DNA of 64,000 bases, taken from positions 1,692,247-1,756,246 of the forward strand of contig CM082594.2 of the NCBI GenBank assembly GCA_040954595.2, given 5' to 3'. Numbering within the stretch: position 1 is the stretch's first letter; every line of letters begins with the position of its first letter. This document shows positions 50,641-63,257 of the stretch, piece after piece. This DNA is from Balanoglossus misakiensis (Eukaryota; Animalia; Hemichordata). The translations under genes were made by a program, and so were the position numbers. The notes beneath the pieces are model-generated. The model made no database searches. It saw only the letters and a list, made by a program, of their open reading frames with translations, and was not told the origin of the DNA.

Positions 50641-52413
50641 ACTCGCCAAAATGAATAATCGGTGTTTACCTTTTATACATTTTGTCGAGATTTTTACTGT
50701 CATATCTTACAAATGGGATGGGAGTTGTGTGTGGTCGAACGTTGATTCACTACATATCCAGATGTAGAATAACATAATGGTGCCTTGTATCAAACATCAT
50801 AAATGATTTTGTCTGATTGTAAATCAAGATAACTGTTATTTATGACAAAATGGTCCAAAAATCCAAGAAATATCAGTATAGTCGAAAATTCCCGTATTTT
50901 TTAAAATGAAATATTGCATTTTTTTCGAGTTGGAGCTCATGGGGCTTTAATCGTGCCAACATTTTCATATATGCGTAAGATTTTAAACAACTAAGAGGCA
51001 TTGTTCTGGTACAGGTGACGTAAAGTGTAATATTTGAAAAGTTATCAGTTGTACAAATTTCGCTAAAACAATTACAATACACAAATATTTAAGATTTCCC
51101 ACAAATGAATTCATAAAACTTTTCTCACCAAGAATTTCTTGTTTTCCAATACATCTTGTAGATTGAAAACGAATACAGAAATACAGAATAGAATTGTTTA
51201 TTTCAAATGTCAGGGCCTCAGCCCATCACATAAAGACACTCTGTTTACAGAGAGAAATACTACATGGAATTAAACTATAAGCCAGCGTATCAATTCTGCT
51301 GCGTTTGCTGCTGTACAAAGTAATCCCGTTAAAAGACTTATGAACGAAAACTGCAAGTGTATATTGAAGTTGCTGAGTTTTAAGTTAAGAAAACAAAACA
51401 TTTTTCCCGTGTAGGGTTAATACGGAATTTTAGAGGAATTAGCTTTGACCCCTCCTCCTCATACAATGGACAAAATAGCAAAAAAAAACGAATACTAGTA
51501 TTTTTAATATGATGTATTCATGTAGGTTTTGTTCTTGATCTATCAATATGGTATGACATTTCATAACATTTCTTTGGGTATCTACTATTTGTCATTTTTT
51601 TTAAAGTCTGACCCAACATTTTATACATCTTCTGGATAAAAGTCAGGTATTTTAAACAAATAAGATGTTTTACAACTTAGAAATACATTACAGTAATATA
51701 ATTGTGGCTTGTTGTGTAAACTTTATTCTATAGATTAATGAATATCTGTTAGCCACCACTGAAAATAAATGGCGACACTTTGTAGAGTGTCAAATAAATA
51801 GGCCTACAGCACCTTCCTGTTGTGTTGGTCCATCCAAGCAGTTGTAAATTGTCATTCCGCAAAGGTGGTACTTTTTAATACTTAGAACATTTTTCTCACC
51901 CAAAGCTTCGTTTTGATTGATGACAGGTCAATACCCTTCAAAACATATTTTTTCTTTGGGGACGTATTACCTGTTTGTGGACATACACACAGAGGGTATA
52001 ATTCACGATCAGGCCATGTGATGACTGCTCACAGTTCATCAAAACACCGCAAAAATCGATGAAATGGTCGCTTTGATTTATATTAGCCACGAGTATGCAC
52101 CATACTCGAATTACAATCGTTTGATGAGAGGCAAAAGAGTGGGCATTGCAATTCTGACTGCCTTAAATAGGCCTAATATAAATAGGTTTTCACTTTATGC
52201 TAGGGGGTCAAATCACATGATAATAATTGCATTCTGGGTAAAAGTAGATAACTCACTACAGTAAGAGATAGAAGAAATGATACGTTTGCTATATTTCGTG
52301 ACTTTCTTTGGTCAAAAATGATTGTCTTCACATTTTGTTATTTTTCTGTTACAAAGTTTCAGAATGACCCAGTATCACTTTATGATTTGAACTTCCATTT
52401 CTTAAACATGATC

Positions 52414-55400
52414 TTAAACATGACCTTCGGTCTTACAACACAGGCCACGGTACAGCCCGACTGTTTTCATGCGTAGCAGAAACGCCCCGAAAATGAAACA
52501 CCCTGCAAGGTATTGGCAACAATGAAAATGTAATCCAAAACATCGGCCTGATAAAAGCCATCCACAAATCCAATAATCCACGTCAACCCCATAACGGTAG
52601 ACATCTTGATAGAAAAGATTACATGTTGAGCCGTGTACGACGTGTGTCGGTGCCTTTTCATTTCTCTCTCCGATGCTAACATGGAGAACACGGTGTATAT
52701 TAAGCAAACGACATTGAAAAGAACAATCAGGCGAACAGGGCCGAGGAACGTGACAATCAAAGGCGTCAGCCGACCGATCCAACATACAGGACCCTCACTG
52801 TAACCAACTCGGAAACCATACGGAGCAGTATGATAGATCACTACACAGACTCCAACGAAAACGAATGGTAGCAACCAGGCGTACAGACAGTAGTACACAA
52901 ATATGTTGCCATTCCCCAAATCGGCGCGGGTCAGTTGTGTGCGCATGTGCACGATGTCAAATGCCATGACGCTCATCCAACAGAATGCCGCCAGCCAAAT
53001 GTAGTGCGATACAATAGCAGCTGTTTTGCACAGCCAAGCAAACGTTGTCCAGTCCAAGACCGTGATAAACAAAACCTGCGCGATCAAAAGAGCTACGGCC
53101 AAATTTAGTATAATCTTTCCTGGACGAGTTCTCATCTGTTTGAAAACAGAGATCGTGATGGCAGTGATCGAAAGACAGACTATGGACAGAATACAACCAA
53201 CAAGAGTTAACAGCTGTTTCAGTCTTGTTTTTGACTTCTGGTTCCAAAATGTAGTCATTCTTTTCTTGGACTGACACACGAAGGCTTGGGAACGGTCTTT
53301 CGATAGAACAAACTTTACCTTTGGATAAACCGATGATTCAACTGAAAGAACGTCGTCGCTTACACGGAAGGTGCCTTCAGAAAATCTCAAAATCACTCCT
53401 GTACAACTCGTTATAAAATCATCAACGTTTCTGTTCGGAGATTTGCACATTGTGACCATTAGTTGTATATCTGGTGAGGCTGGACTTTTATGCGTGTAAT
53501 GACTTGTTTTAGACACAAATAATTGGGAGCTGTAATTCCATGTTACTTTTGCCATTAGGTTTTCATTTACAGTCACGTTGGTGTACTCAAATTTGTGACT
53601 CTCAAATGTGACTTGTTCGATTCTGTTACCACAGACGGGGTTGAACATTTCAAAAGTGACCGACCTGACGACAAAGCCCGCCATCAGCAATTCTGAGCCG
53701 ACTTGAGACCAGGTTGCCGCACAGGCTGCTGGGAGAAAATCACCGGTGAAATTGGACTCCACGCGAACAAGAACGGACAAAGTGACAAGTAAATCACCAA
53801 AATCCTCCGCTCTGTCACAATGGTAATGCGAGTTGGAAATGTTATGTGTGTAAATAACGGACAGATTTCGTATCAGTGACGTCACGGTTTCTTCGAGGTT
53901 GATGAAATCGCACCCGTCCACTTCCACCGATGGCAAAGAAACGCGGAAAGTTAACAAAATGGCGGGATGTCTCCCGTGAGCTGACGCTACAAAGAAGTCA
54001 TTCAGCTCTAGCCGTTCTGATAAAGGATTCATTTTCAATTTCGTTATGTCAAAATTGTCGTAATCAAAGACGTGTCTCAAAATACATTTTCCTTGTAACA
54101 TATCAAAGATTCGGCCATGTTCGCAGCTCCATTGCTCTTGAATTCTAATGATATCCATAGTATACAGTCGATGTTCTCCCTGTGCGTTGAAGTCAAACAA
54201 TATATCAAAGGCGGGAAATCGGGGATAGACTATCCACTCAAGCGGCGGTAAACCGCATGTTACATAAGAAGGATTGATTGCAACGTCATTGCATATTGCA
54301 CAATGAATGTTCTTGTAATACATAAATCCCCTAGCTCTCCCGCTTAATACTACGAATACCCCAACTACTGCTGAATAACGGTGACACAGCTCAACAATCG
54401 TGTCGTTGGGGAAATCAGCAGGGCAGGTGTCAATGGGCCTGAAACATTCAGTTACACCATGCCGGAGATCGCCCTCGATAAACTGCCTCATTGAACAAAG
54501 TTCTGATGACATCAAGAAGGAGACGATAGAGGAAATATTAGTCGACAAAATTTCCATTGGCATATCTCTCGGGCATTCCCACTCTAACGACGAAAAGTGC
54601 AGGCTCGATTCATTCACACCATTACAAATAGCGCAGTTGATATTTTGGTACACCATTTCACCGACAGAGTCAATCACTGGAGTAATATCAAAAACGGACG
54701 CATCTGTAATGAAAACGTACAGAAGCTTATTGGGGCCAATTTCTAAAAAATAAAATAAAAATAAAAATCTCGTAATTACGAGTTTTTATTCTCGTAATTA
54801 CAAGTTTTTAATCACGTAATTATGAGAATCTCGTAATTACGAGATTTTGTGGGGAATGATTTCTCAAGATACGGCCGCAGGTTTATTGCGTTAAACACAC
54901 GCGCGTCACTTGAATAACAGCGCGTCACCCGTTTTTTTTCCTGTTTTGTGGTGGCGACCACGACAAACTCGAACTGCTTCAGCTAGATATAAATCACTGG
55001 ACACCGTCGTTGGAGCGCGTGATCAGTGACTGCATGAACAGTATACATGTGACAATATTGATAAAACTATAAAACTGACCCTCCTTCCACCCTTGACGGG
55101 GAAAAATTAAAATAAAAATTCGCGTCGCAGCACCATTTTTTAAATAAAGGCCGGCCCAGAAACAATTCTGTATTTTGGTCGTACGTCGTTGGCAAAGCCC
55201 CTGAGTCGAACCCCCCCCCCCCAAAATAAAAAACAACAACTAGTATTACAAAACCCTTGTGTTTCAATTTTGCAACAACCTATAGTTCCTCGGCTTATTT
55301 CTCCCCACAGTATGGGCGTTGTATTGTCGAAGTCGGGGGCGCCAGGCAAAATTTATCTGGATAATCTTTGAAGCTCTCCCGTTCTTATTCAAATAATTTT

Positions 55401-56680
55401 ATTGGGGAGATTCAGGAAGTTCCATCACAGATTCAAATATAGACAATTAATTTTGTTCAATAACATGGCTAATCATGGCAGAAATTGAAACACACAGAAA
55501 AAAGAAATGCATAAATTTGGTATTAGTGCATATGTGTAACTTTAAAAATCCAATGTCATCATAAACGGGCTTCATCTGTACATTTTTCCTGTTCCTGTTT
55601 GCAATGACAAACGCAACAGGTACCTTCGAATTTTGACTTATGCATGGTGTCAGTATTTCAGCGCGGTGAGGGCAACCTCACGATTTGCATCCTACACGAG
55701 GGATGGTAGTCTAGCATCCAGCCGTATTTCTCCACTTTGCTGAGCGGGCAAAACAGGGCTAGAAACTAGACTAGAGGGATGGCGATCGTCTGGCTGCTTT
55801 CCGAAGTAGAACCGAAAAGGTCAAACTGACAAAGAGTGACACAAGTAAGATTGGTCTTACCACTGGCGGTTTCACACCGCTGACGGACATTCTCGTGTGG
55901 CCATTCTCTGGGACATGTGTGCGTCGCCATGACGTCATGCCTCCCACCAGTAGCGGGCATACAATATTCTGGCAGCCATATTTCATCCGGGTCAGGCACC
56001 TGTCTGCTGTCACCAAAGCATCTGTCTATGTAATCGTGACAGTCTTCCCGCACTAAGCATTCAGGCTCACAGCTACACATTGTATTTTCATAGTCTCTCA
56101 GCTTCACGGTGGCGATGCCGTTGCAAACAAGGCCGCTCGGCGTGAGGCACGAGTCCATACGAAATCCCGTGCTTGGATAACGGCACTGCAATGACTGTGC
56201 ATCTATGTTGTAATACACAGGAGGTGGAGTTGGCGCGGCTGTGCGGCGTGACGTCACTGGCGGGCGGGAACCTGTTACTGTTGACGGTGAGAAGGGACCC
56301 GACGTTGTCGTTACGGTGTTCGTTTCTTGAGACTTTGGTTGAGCGGTTGTTGCCAAAGGTCTCACGTTGTCGAAAGAGGAGTCTTCAATCGTTGTCGACT
56401 GTAATGTTGGATGGATCGTCGCTAGATTTGAGGTTAGGCTGGGCCGGGATGTAGTGCTTCGTGGAGATATTGGCACGGTCTTCGTCTTGCTGGGGGTCTG
56501 TCGAGAGAGTTTTGTCAAAGGCGCGCTGCTCGTAAAATCCTGCTGTTTCCTGCTGGTCGTCATTACAGTGGATCTTGAGGACGTCGTTTCATAGCCCGTA
56601 CCAGTTGCACGCGTCCATACCATCAACTGATCTCCGTTGATGATTAAAACCAAGCAGCAATAACACCAAACTGCCTTCAT
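52414..56680 (-). CDS. Methuselah-like/adhesion-type family-B GPCR, two exons (56680-55861, 54703-52414), 1-bp frameshift in TM7
   Basis: Signal peptide, Thr/Ser stalk, somatomedin-B-like 'CSCEPECLVREDCHDY', two 'YxNxxCAxCN' repeats, 7tm_2 motifs 'GKIILNLAVAL', 'SHYIWLAAFCWM', 'YAWLLP', 'GPVCWI', 'MGLTWIIGF', 'NTLQGV'. GT-AG intron 54704-55860 joins in frame. Confidence 0.88.
54718..54850. mobile_element. One end of a non-autonomous IS3EU-like element in the GPCR intron
   Basis: TACAGAAGCTTATTGGGGCCA followed by tandem palindromic CTCGTAATTACGAG units; no partner end found. Confidence 0.45.
55707..55773. mobile_element. 67-bp mini-element with TAG termini and 9-bp TSD (AcademH-like)
   Basis: TAGTCTAG...CTAGACTA; GAGGGATGG at 55698-55706 and 55774-55782. 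Confidence 0.8.
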
Positions 56681-58152
56681 AATGAATGCGTCATTAAATC
56701 TGGAATAACACCCAGAAAGATTGATTTAAAAAAATAAGACAAAATTGACTTTGATGATTTCTGAAGTAAAATTTGTCAGCCACATCACACCCCCGTCCAA
56801 AATCACACCACACCCGTAACGAATAAACAACCCGGTGTCCGTAATCGGCCACGCTATACATTAGAAGAGGCGTAAAACATATCAACGGAAGTAGCCAAAA
56901 CTATGTGCAAACATAAACATATCATAACACCAACTTAAACATTTTACTATTATGTTTGACTCTGTTCAGTTTCAGTTCTTACAGTTACAGTCACATTTGG
57001 TATTTTGTAACACAACTTCAGCGGTAAATAACGAGACGCCGTGCACATCGCCGGGCGCGACAATTCCATGCTGAGAAACGTCGTCGAATTTTCCAGCTTT
57101 GATTTGACACGTACGTAAATGCATTTTAGTGTGCATACATTTGCGTGCCAAGCAAAGTCCGCATGCAGTGTTGAACATATACTTACCACAATTGAGAACA
57201 AGTCTCTCGGACAGTCAGTTGCCTGATATACCTGAGTTAGTGGCTTGTTGATTGCTCCCACAAAATCTTCCCTCAAAATATTCGTAAGCTTTGGTGACAG
57301 ATTCGATGTATATATATGTTGGTATATGATTAAAATGATTGGTCTCCAAGGTTGTGTTTTACGTATGCGCTTCCTAAGATATCGAACCAATAGAAATCAC
57401 TGTCACCAACCATCGGCTAGCCAATAGAAATCGTTGTCACCAACTTTATAGTTACATAAATTCGTACAGCGCATGCGTAAAACTTTTGTTGACGGAAAAT
57501 CAACAGGTAAAATGTCACTTCTGCCGGTTATTCATTTTGGCGATTTTTTCATTCTCGAGTCTACAAGTCGGATGGAAGTTGTGTGTTGTTGAACATTAAT
57601 TCACTTTACATGTATATCCACATGTACGTTAGCATAAACGGTGACTTGTATCAAATATAATTAATGAAAAAAGGGCAGCGAGGGAGAGACTTTGTCCCTT
57701 TAATCCTACATGCATTACAGGGATACCTCCAACTCTATAGTCGACACCATTTTCAATGTGTTGTCTCAATGTTTTGTCTCAGCATTCTCAAAACTTAATG
57801 TAATAGATATATGAAAGTTTACATTTATTGAATGTTTATGGTCAGTAATACAATCACAATAATCATCAAATGAAGCAACATGCCATCTTCATGAAATCAC
57901 CAGTGTGTGCACGTGTACATCTAGAACATGGAGTAGTGGCGAGTTTGCATACGAAGATCATCTAGTACTGCATGTTAATGCCAATAAGCTAGGTGCCCTG
58001 TTTCTACAGAAACCAGACTCGCCGGTGTCGACGCAGTAAAGTTAAGTCAGTGAGTGTGCACGTGTACAACAAATTAGAGCCGGGATGTATTTGGAGGTTA
58101 ATACAGACGAGTGATGAAGAGCAAAAGTGATTTTCTCCGCTGACGTGTTTAA

Positions 58153-58424
58153 GGGCCTGGTCAGAACTAACAGGGGGGGGGGGGACGTTAGATAAACCAG
58201 TCAATGATTGAAAGGTGTTGATGAATGAAGGGGGTGGGTGGAAAAAAAATGAATTATAAAGGGTTCTCAAAACATTTTCGGTGTCATCCTTGCACAAAAA
58301 TTAGTGATCCTCCCCCTGACTCATGCCCAAAATGCAGCGGCCCTCCCCCAAACTGTTGCATGAAAAATGGTGACCCTCCCCCCAATCGCACCAGCCCCCC
58401 CCCCTGTTAATTCTGACCAGTTCC
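58153..58424. mobile_element. PIF/Harbinger-type MITE
   Basis: GGGCCTGGTCAGAACTAACAGGGG vs GGAACTGGTCAGAATTAACAGGGG; TSD TAA. Confidence 0.85.
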
Positions 58425-59291
58425 TAATAATCACGTGAAGTAAAATTTACCGAGAGCGCGCATTGAAACGGCTTAGGGCTGAGAGATAAAAAATAATTTG
58501 TTTCGAAGGTGCACACGATTCAGACCCGAGGGTACTGGTCCATCTCTGGAAGAGATGTAATCACCATTTGTGAGAGTAATCAACCAAATGGGACAGTTCT
58601 TCTCCCAGCCTTGAATTTCCGAAAATCTCAACGGCTTTCTTCATTTTAAATGGAGGGTGTGGCCGGTTTCAAAGCGCGTCTGCTTTGAACTGGCTGCTGG
58701 TGGATCATCGTGGTGTTCCCGGAGGAAATTCTCGAGACTTGAATATACTTTCGAGTTTCCTGTATACGCAGATATTCATGCAAATTAGGGTTCATTTTCC
58801 TGTGGGGGAAAATGCACCGGCTGTCTAAGTAGCGTCATTTAAGCGATTACGGTGGCGAGAGGAGACTTTAATAGACATGGTGAGGCATCGATATTGTGAC
58901 GTTTCATCGTGACGGCGTATACACCGCCCTGGGTGAACTGTCAGTTAATACAACTATCACAGTGTTGGCATATGAAACCTGTGCGGGTTAAAAATACGAA
59001 CAGTTCAACATTTAGTATGTATAGAAACTGTACTGCTACTAAAGTCAACCATAGTTTTAAATGGAACATTTCTTTTTTTCGTTGAAACGAACAACGGAAG
59101 TCTGTTTCCGCCACACACGAAAATCACCCATTAATTTCAAGTATTTTTGGCTTTGCCATCTTTGCACTATCGCCTTGCAATGATTTTATCTACATCAGCG
59201 ATGTAGTTTTTCTACCTGAAAATCGAAGAAAACTACATATTTCGGGGTCATCTGTTGGTACAAAAAGTTTTTTCATAATTTTCATGCATTA

Positions 59292-59695
59292 GGCCAGAGA
59301 GAATAAAAATCTTGTTCATCGGATTTTTGGACCAAGTTCCAGGAGCGGCGAGCGAATATTTTTTTTAGGCTGAAGGTAAATGCGGTTCTCTGGCATATTT
59401 GCATAGATGCAGACAGGGCGAGATAATTGTTTCCCTTTTTACCGGAAATATCTCAGACAAAAACACTGATACATGTACTTGTAACTGAATTCAATACTAT
59501 ATTTCCCAACAATAACATAGGCCATTACATTTACAGTTGGTGTTAATTTTCACAACATATTCTGGCCACCAGCGCCAGTACTAAGACTTTGGAACGCGGA
59601 AGTAGAATATTTGCCTAGATCCAAATTTTTTTTTTCCAAATCAGCCAAAGTAGAAGCGGCGATTCCAATGAACAATTTATTTTTTCTTCCTGTCC
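59292..59695. mobile_element. Degenerate MITE with TTA TSD
   Basis: GGCCAGAGAGAATAAAAATCTTGTTCAT vs reverse complement GGACAGGAAGAAAAAATAAATTGTTCAT; TTA on both sides. Confidence 0.55.
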
Positions 59696-60051
59696 TTACC
59701 TGTGTTTTTTTCTTTTTTTTATCTTCCTATTAACCTTTGCGTGCTTAAATAAAGACACGCGATTTCAGTATTTTCGATATTGGAAGGGTGTACCCACCAT
59801 AATAGCCCAACGACTCTGATATATAGAGTCGGAAATGATCACATCACAGCAGAAAAGCAGAGGAAGGTCGCCCGTGGTGGTCATTCATACATACATTTTG
59901 TGTAGTAATTACTTATCTCAAGGTAACTCCCGTAATCCCCTTAGGACATAACCTCTTCTTGTCGAACACGTGATCCTGAAGTCATTGACCAATAGCACAG
60001 TGACTAAGCACGTGATTCTGAAGTCATTGACCAACAATATCACAATGACTA

Positions 60052-60077
60052 CTCTCTCTCTCTCTCTCTCTCTCTCT

Positions 60078-60120
<43 letters not shown>

Positions 60121-60156
60121 CCTCCCTCCCTCACCCCACTCTCTCTCTCTCTCTCT
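60052..60156. repeat. (CT)n / poly-C microsatellite
   Basis: Read directly. Confidence 0.95.
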
Positions 60157-60270
60157 GATGCAGGCGAGAGGGTCATTTAAGACATGTACAAAAGACTATT
60201 AATGTCATGAAAACCGCGCTTCTATTACCGTCAACTGAATCCCACCACAAGACAAGTGCTCGATTGAAAC

Positions 60271-60417
60271 ATGTATGTATGTATGTATGTATGTATGTAT
60301 GTATGTATGTATGTATGTATGTATGTATGTATGTATGTATGTATGTATGTATGTATGTATGTATGTAGGTATGTATGTATGTATGTATGTATGTATGTAT
60401 GTATGTATGTATGTATG
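60271..60417. repeat. (ATGT)n microsatellite
   Basis: Read directly. Confidence 0.97.
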
Positions 60418-61241
60418 TCTTGAAATTGAAGAAAGTACTCAGATTTTAGCATGGTTCTCACTCACATGAATGCTGGCATCTGTGTTGACAGGTAGACCAC
60501 AATATTGCGTGGTGGCTTGCTGGGAATAAACGTTGTCTCCTCTGAACAGTTGCCACAGATAAACAGGCCCACAGCAGATGAGTTGATTTCAGCAGGTGGC
60601 ACTCCCCTTTTGAATGCTGGCATCTGTGTTGACAACGCGGATCCACTTCTCTGGCATATGTGTCAGCATCATGTTGCAGACAAGTTGTGTACTGTTTTTC
60701 TGGGTGAAGAAATGAAATTGACATCATTGGTAAATCTAAAACGGACTGGTTACTCCACTGAAATTCAGCCTAAGTCTGTGTGATACGCAACTCAGACCAA
60801 CTCAGCTCAGCTCACATGGCGCGTTGAATTAATCATTCGTTTGCCAGACGGCCTTATTTGACCCCCCCCCCCCTTGTTTACATGGCCTGTGAGGGCGTAC
60901 TTTACGCGTTAATTTCTGGCAAGGCCTTCCAACCCTCAGTGGTGATCTCTTCACAGCTGTATTACGCTAGCTGTTTTAAAAGAACAGTGTCTTCTAAAAT
61001 AAATCTAGATTGTTCCTTATGAATAAAATCTCAACGAGACAAAACTCATTCAAAAGGGTTGTCTATAGGCTACTTTCAAATTGGACATTTCGTTAATACA
61101 GTCAGAAACAGTGTTAATTTTAAAATGTTTGGGCCGGCTGCATTGTCAATAACACTGAGATTACCCACGCGCCGCAAATTATTGATGAAAGCGTTTCAAC
61201 TGCAGGGTCACACAATACATATCAAATGAGAAGATGATTAC

Positions 61242-61550
61242 TCACCTTAGGCACCTGGGTTCGTGGTGACACTCCCCTTTTGGGGAGCGAAAGCACGTCT
61301 TTCGTGAAATGTTTTGGGGTCGCATTTCCTGGACAATTTGCTCTGGGCGGATGCATAGCTTTTCGTTGCAAAGATGAGAACACTCCAACTGCCTGCCCAC
61401 CAATTGCACCCCGTTAATTAGGAGTGCAATGTGCTGGACATAGGCGGTTAGAGTGTTCTCATCTTTGAACGTAATTGAGCCATAGCCGTTACGACAAGCT
61501 GCACCCGTCCAGAGCACACAGTCGCCGGAAACGCGACTCCTTCTGTAAAT
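61242..61550 (-). pseudogene. His-Cys box (I-PpoI-like, His-Me finger) endonuclease ORF, N-terminus disrupted
   Basis: 'DCVLWTG...NGYG', 'SHLCNEKLCIRPEQI..E...NISRKTC', 'CHHEPRC'; tandem TGA TGA at 61551-61556 upstream. Confidence 0.8.
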
Positions 61551-62070
61551 TCATCATCGTTGGAAAACGAATATAACAGTCATATCTTTTAGACCATCCT
61601 CTGTTTATTAGCCCCCTATTGCAATTAATTACCGTCCCTATCTTATATTGGAGGGAACGGGTTTGTCTTGGCATGTTATGCAAAACACTTGAAAGATGAA
61701 TTTTTTAAAAAAAAAATGACGTTTATGACATACAGATGTAACCGACCCCATAAGGTCCCAATGATATATATTTACATCATACACCAAATTGGACTTAAAA
61801 ACCAAAAATTGAAAGCCGCTGGAGTTTCTGCGACTATGAACTCAACGTAAGCTGGACACTACTCACTCCGAGCCCGACCTGGTAATTTGTATGTTGTCCA
61901 TCGAGCGCCTATAGCTTAGACCTATACAGGAGAGAACGGTTTATGAAGTTATGTTCAACAAATATATATGATCATGGAATTAGAGAATTTGGAGAAAAAA
62001 AATATAATTAAAAATGGACGTTTACGATGACAAAAAGGAAGACTGTTTAATGCAAAAGTTAAGAAAAAGG

Positions 62071-62075
62071 AAAAA
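62071..62075 (-). terminator. Pol III T5 terminator of 5S copy 1 (also 63130-63134 for copy 2)
   Basis: TTTTT 3 nt after the 5S 3' end, with a second T-run following. Confidence 0.8.
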
Positions 62076-62078
62076 TTC

Positions 62079-62198
62079 AAGGCTACGGCACGTGGTATTC
62101 CCAGGCGGTCACCCATCCAAGTACTAACCACGCCCAACGCACCTTAACTTCGGTGATCGGACGAGAACCGGTGTATTCGACGTGGTATGGCCGTAGGC
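62079..62198 (-). rRNA. 5S rRNA (array-edge copy, two substitutions)
   Basis: GCCTACGGCCATACCACG...CCGATCACCGAAGTTAAG...AGTACTTGGATGGGTGACCGCCTGGGAATACC...; T-run terminator downstream. Confidence 0.95.
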
Positions 62199-63137
62199 AA
62201 ACACTGCTTGAATTTCTACAATTATTAAGCAAACGGAAGCTTCACTAACACATAGGCGTACACACAGAGCACGCGGCACGATAATTGTGTGCGTGGCCAG
62301 CTGATTGACCATATAATTTATATGGGAGAGAGCGGTTTTGTCTTGTTATATCCTACAAAAAGTGACCATATTAAAGTGGAGAAATAATGACCTGATAATT
62401 TGTGTGGCCGATCGACTGTCCCTATCTAAGGCCTATATTGGTATGTTATGCAAGACACACTATTCGAAATAACGCCTGTCCGACAGTCCGAGACTGGTTG
62501 TTTTTCCATCAGACTGATAGTAAAAAAGTTACCAGTCCGGCGGACAGGTTGAATTTAGCGTGGAGTTGACTTGTTTGCGGTATCATAGACGTACGTGACC
62601 CCATCGTGACCCTGGCTGTCCGGGATAGCACCACCAACGATATCTTTTAGACCATCCTCTGTTTATTAGCCCCCTATTGCAATTAATTACCGTCCCTATC
62701 TTATATTGGAGGGAACGGGTTTGTTTTGGCATGTTATGCAAAACACTTGAAAGATGAATTTTTAAAAAAAAAAATGGCGTTTATGACATACAGATGTAAC
62801 CGACCCCATAAGGTCCCAATGATATATATTTACATCATACACCAAATTGGACTTAAAAACCAAAAATTGAAAGCCGCTGGAGTTTCTGCGACTATGAACT
62901 CAACGTAAGCTGGACACTACTCACTCCGAGCCCGACCTGGTAATTTGTATGTTGTCCATCGAGCGCCTATAGCTTAGACCTATACAGGAGAGAACGGTTT
63001 ATGAAGTTATGTTCAACAAAAATATATGATCATGGAATTAGAGAATTTGGACGAAAAAAAATATAATTAAAAATGGACGTTTACGACGACAAAAAGGAAG
63101 ACTGTTTAATGCAAAAGTTAAGAAAAAGGAAAAATTC

Positions 63138-63257
63138 AAGCCTACGGCACGTGGTATTCCCAGGCGGTCACCCATCCAAGTACTAACCACGCCCAACGCA
63201 GCTTAACTTCGGTGATCGGACGAGAACCGGTGTATTCGACGTGGTATGGCCGTAGGC
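63138..63257 (-). rRNA. 5S rRNA (canonical)
   Basis: Helix I GCCUAC/GUAGGC intact; box A GAAGTTAAGC; box C TGGATGGG. Confidence 0.98.
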
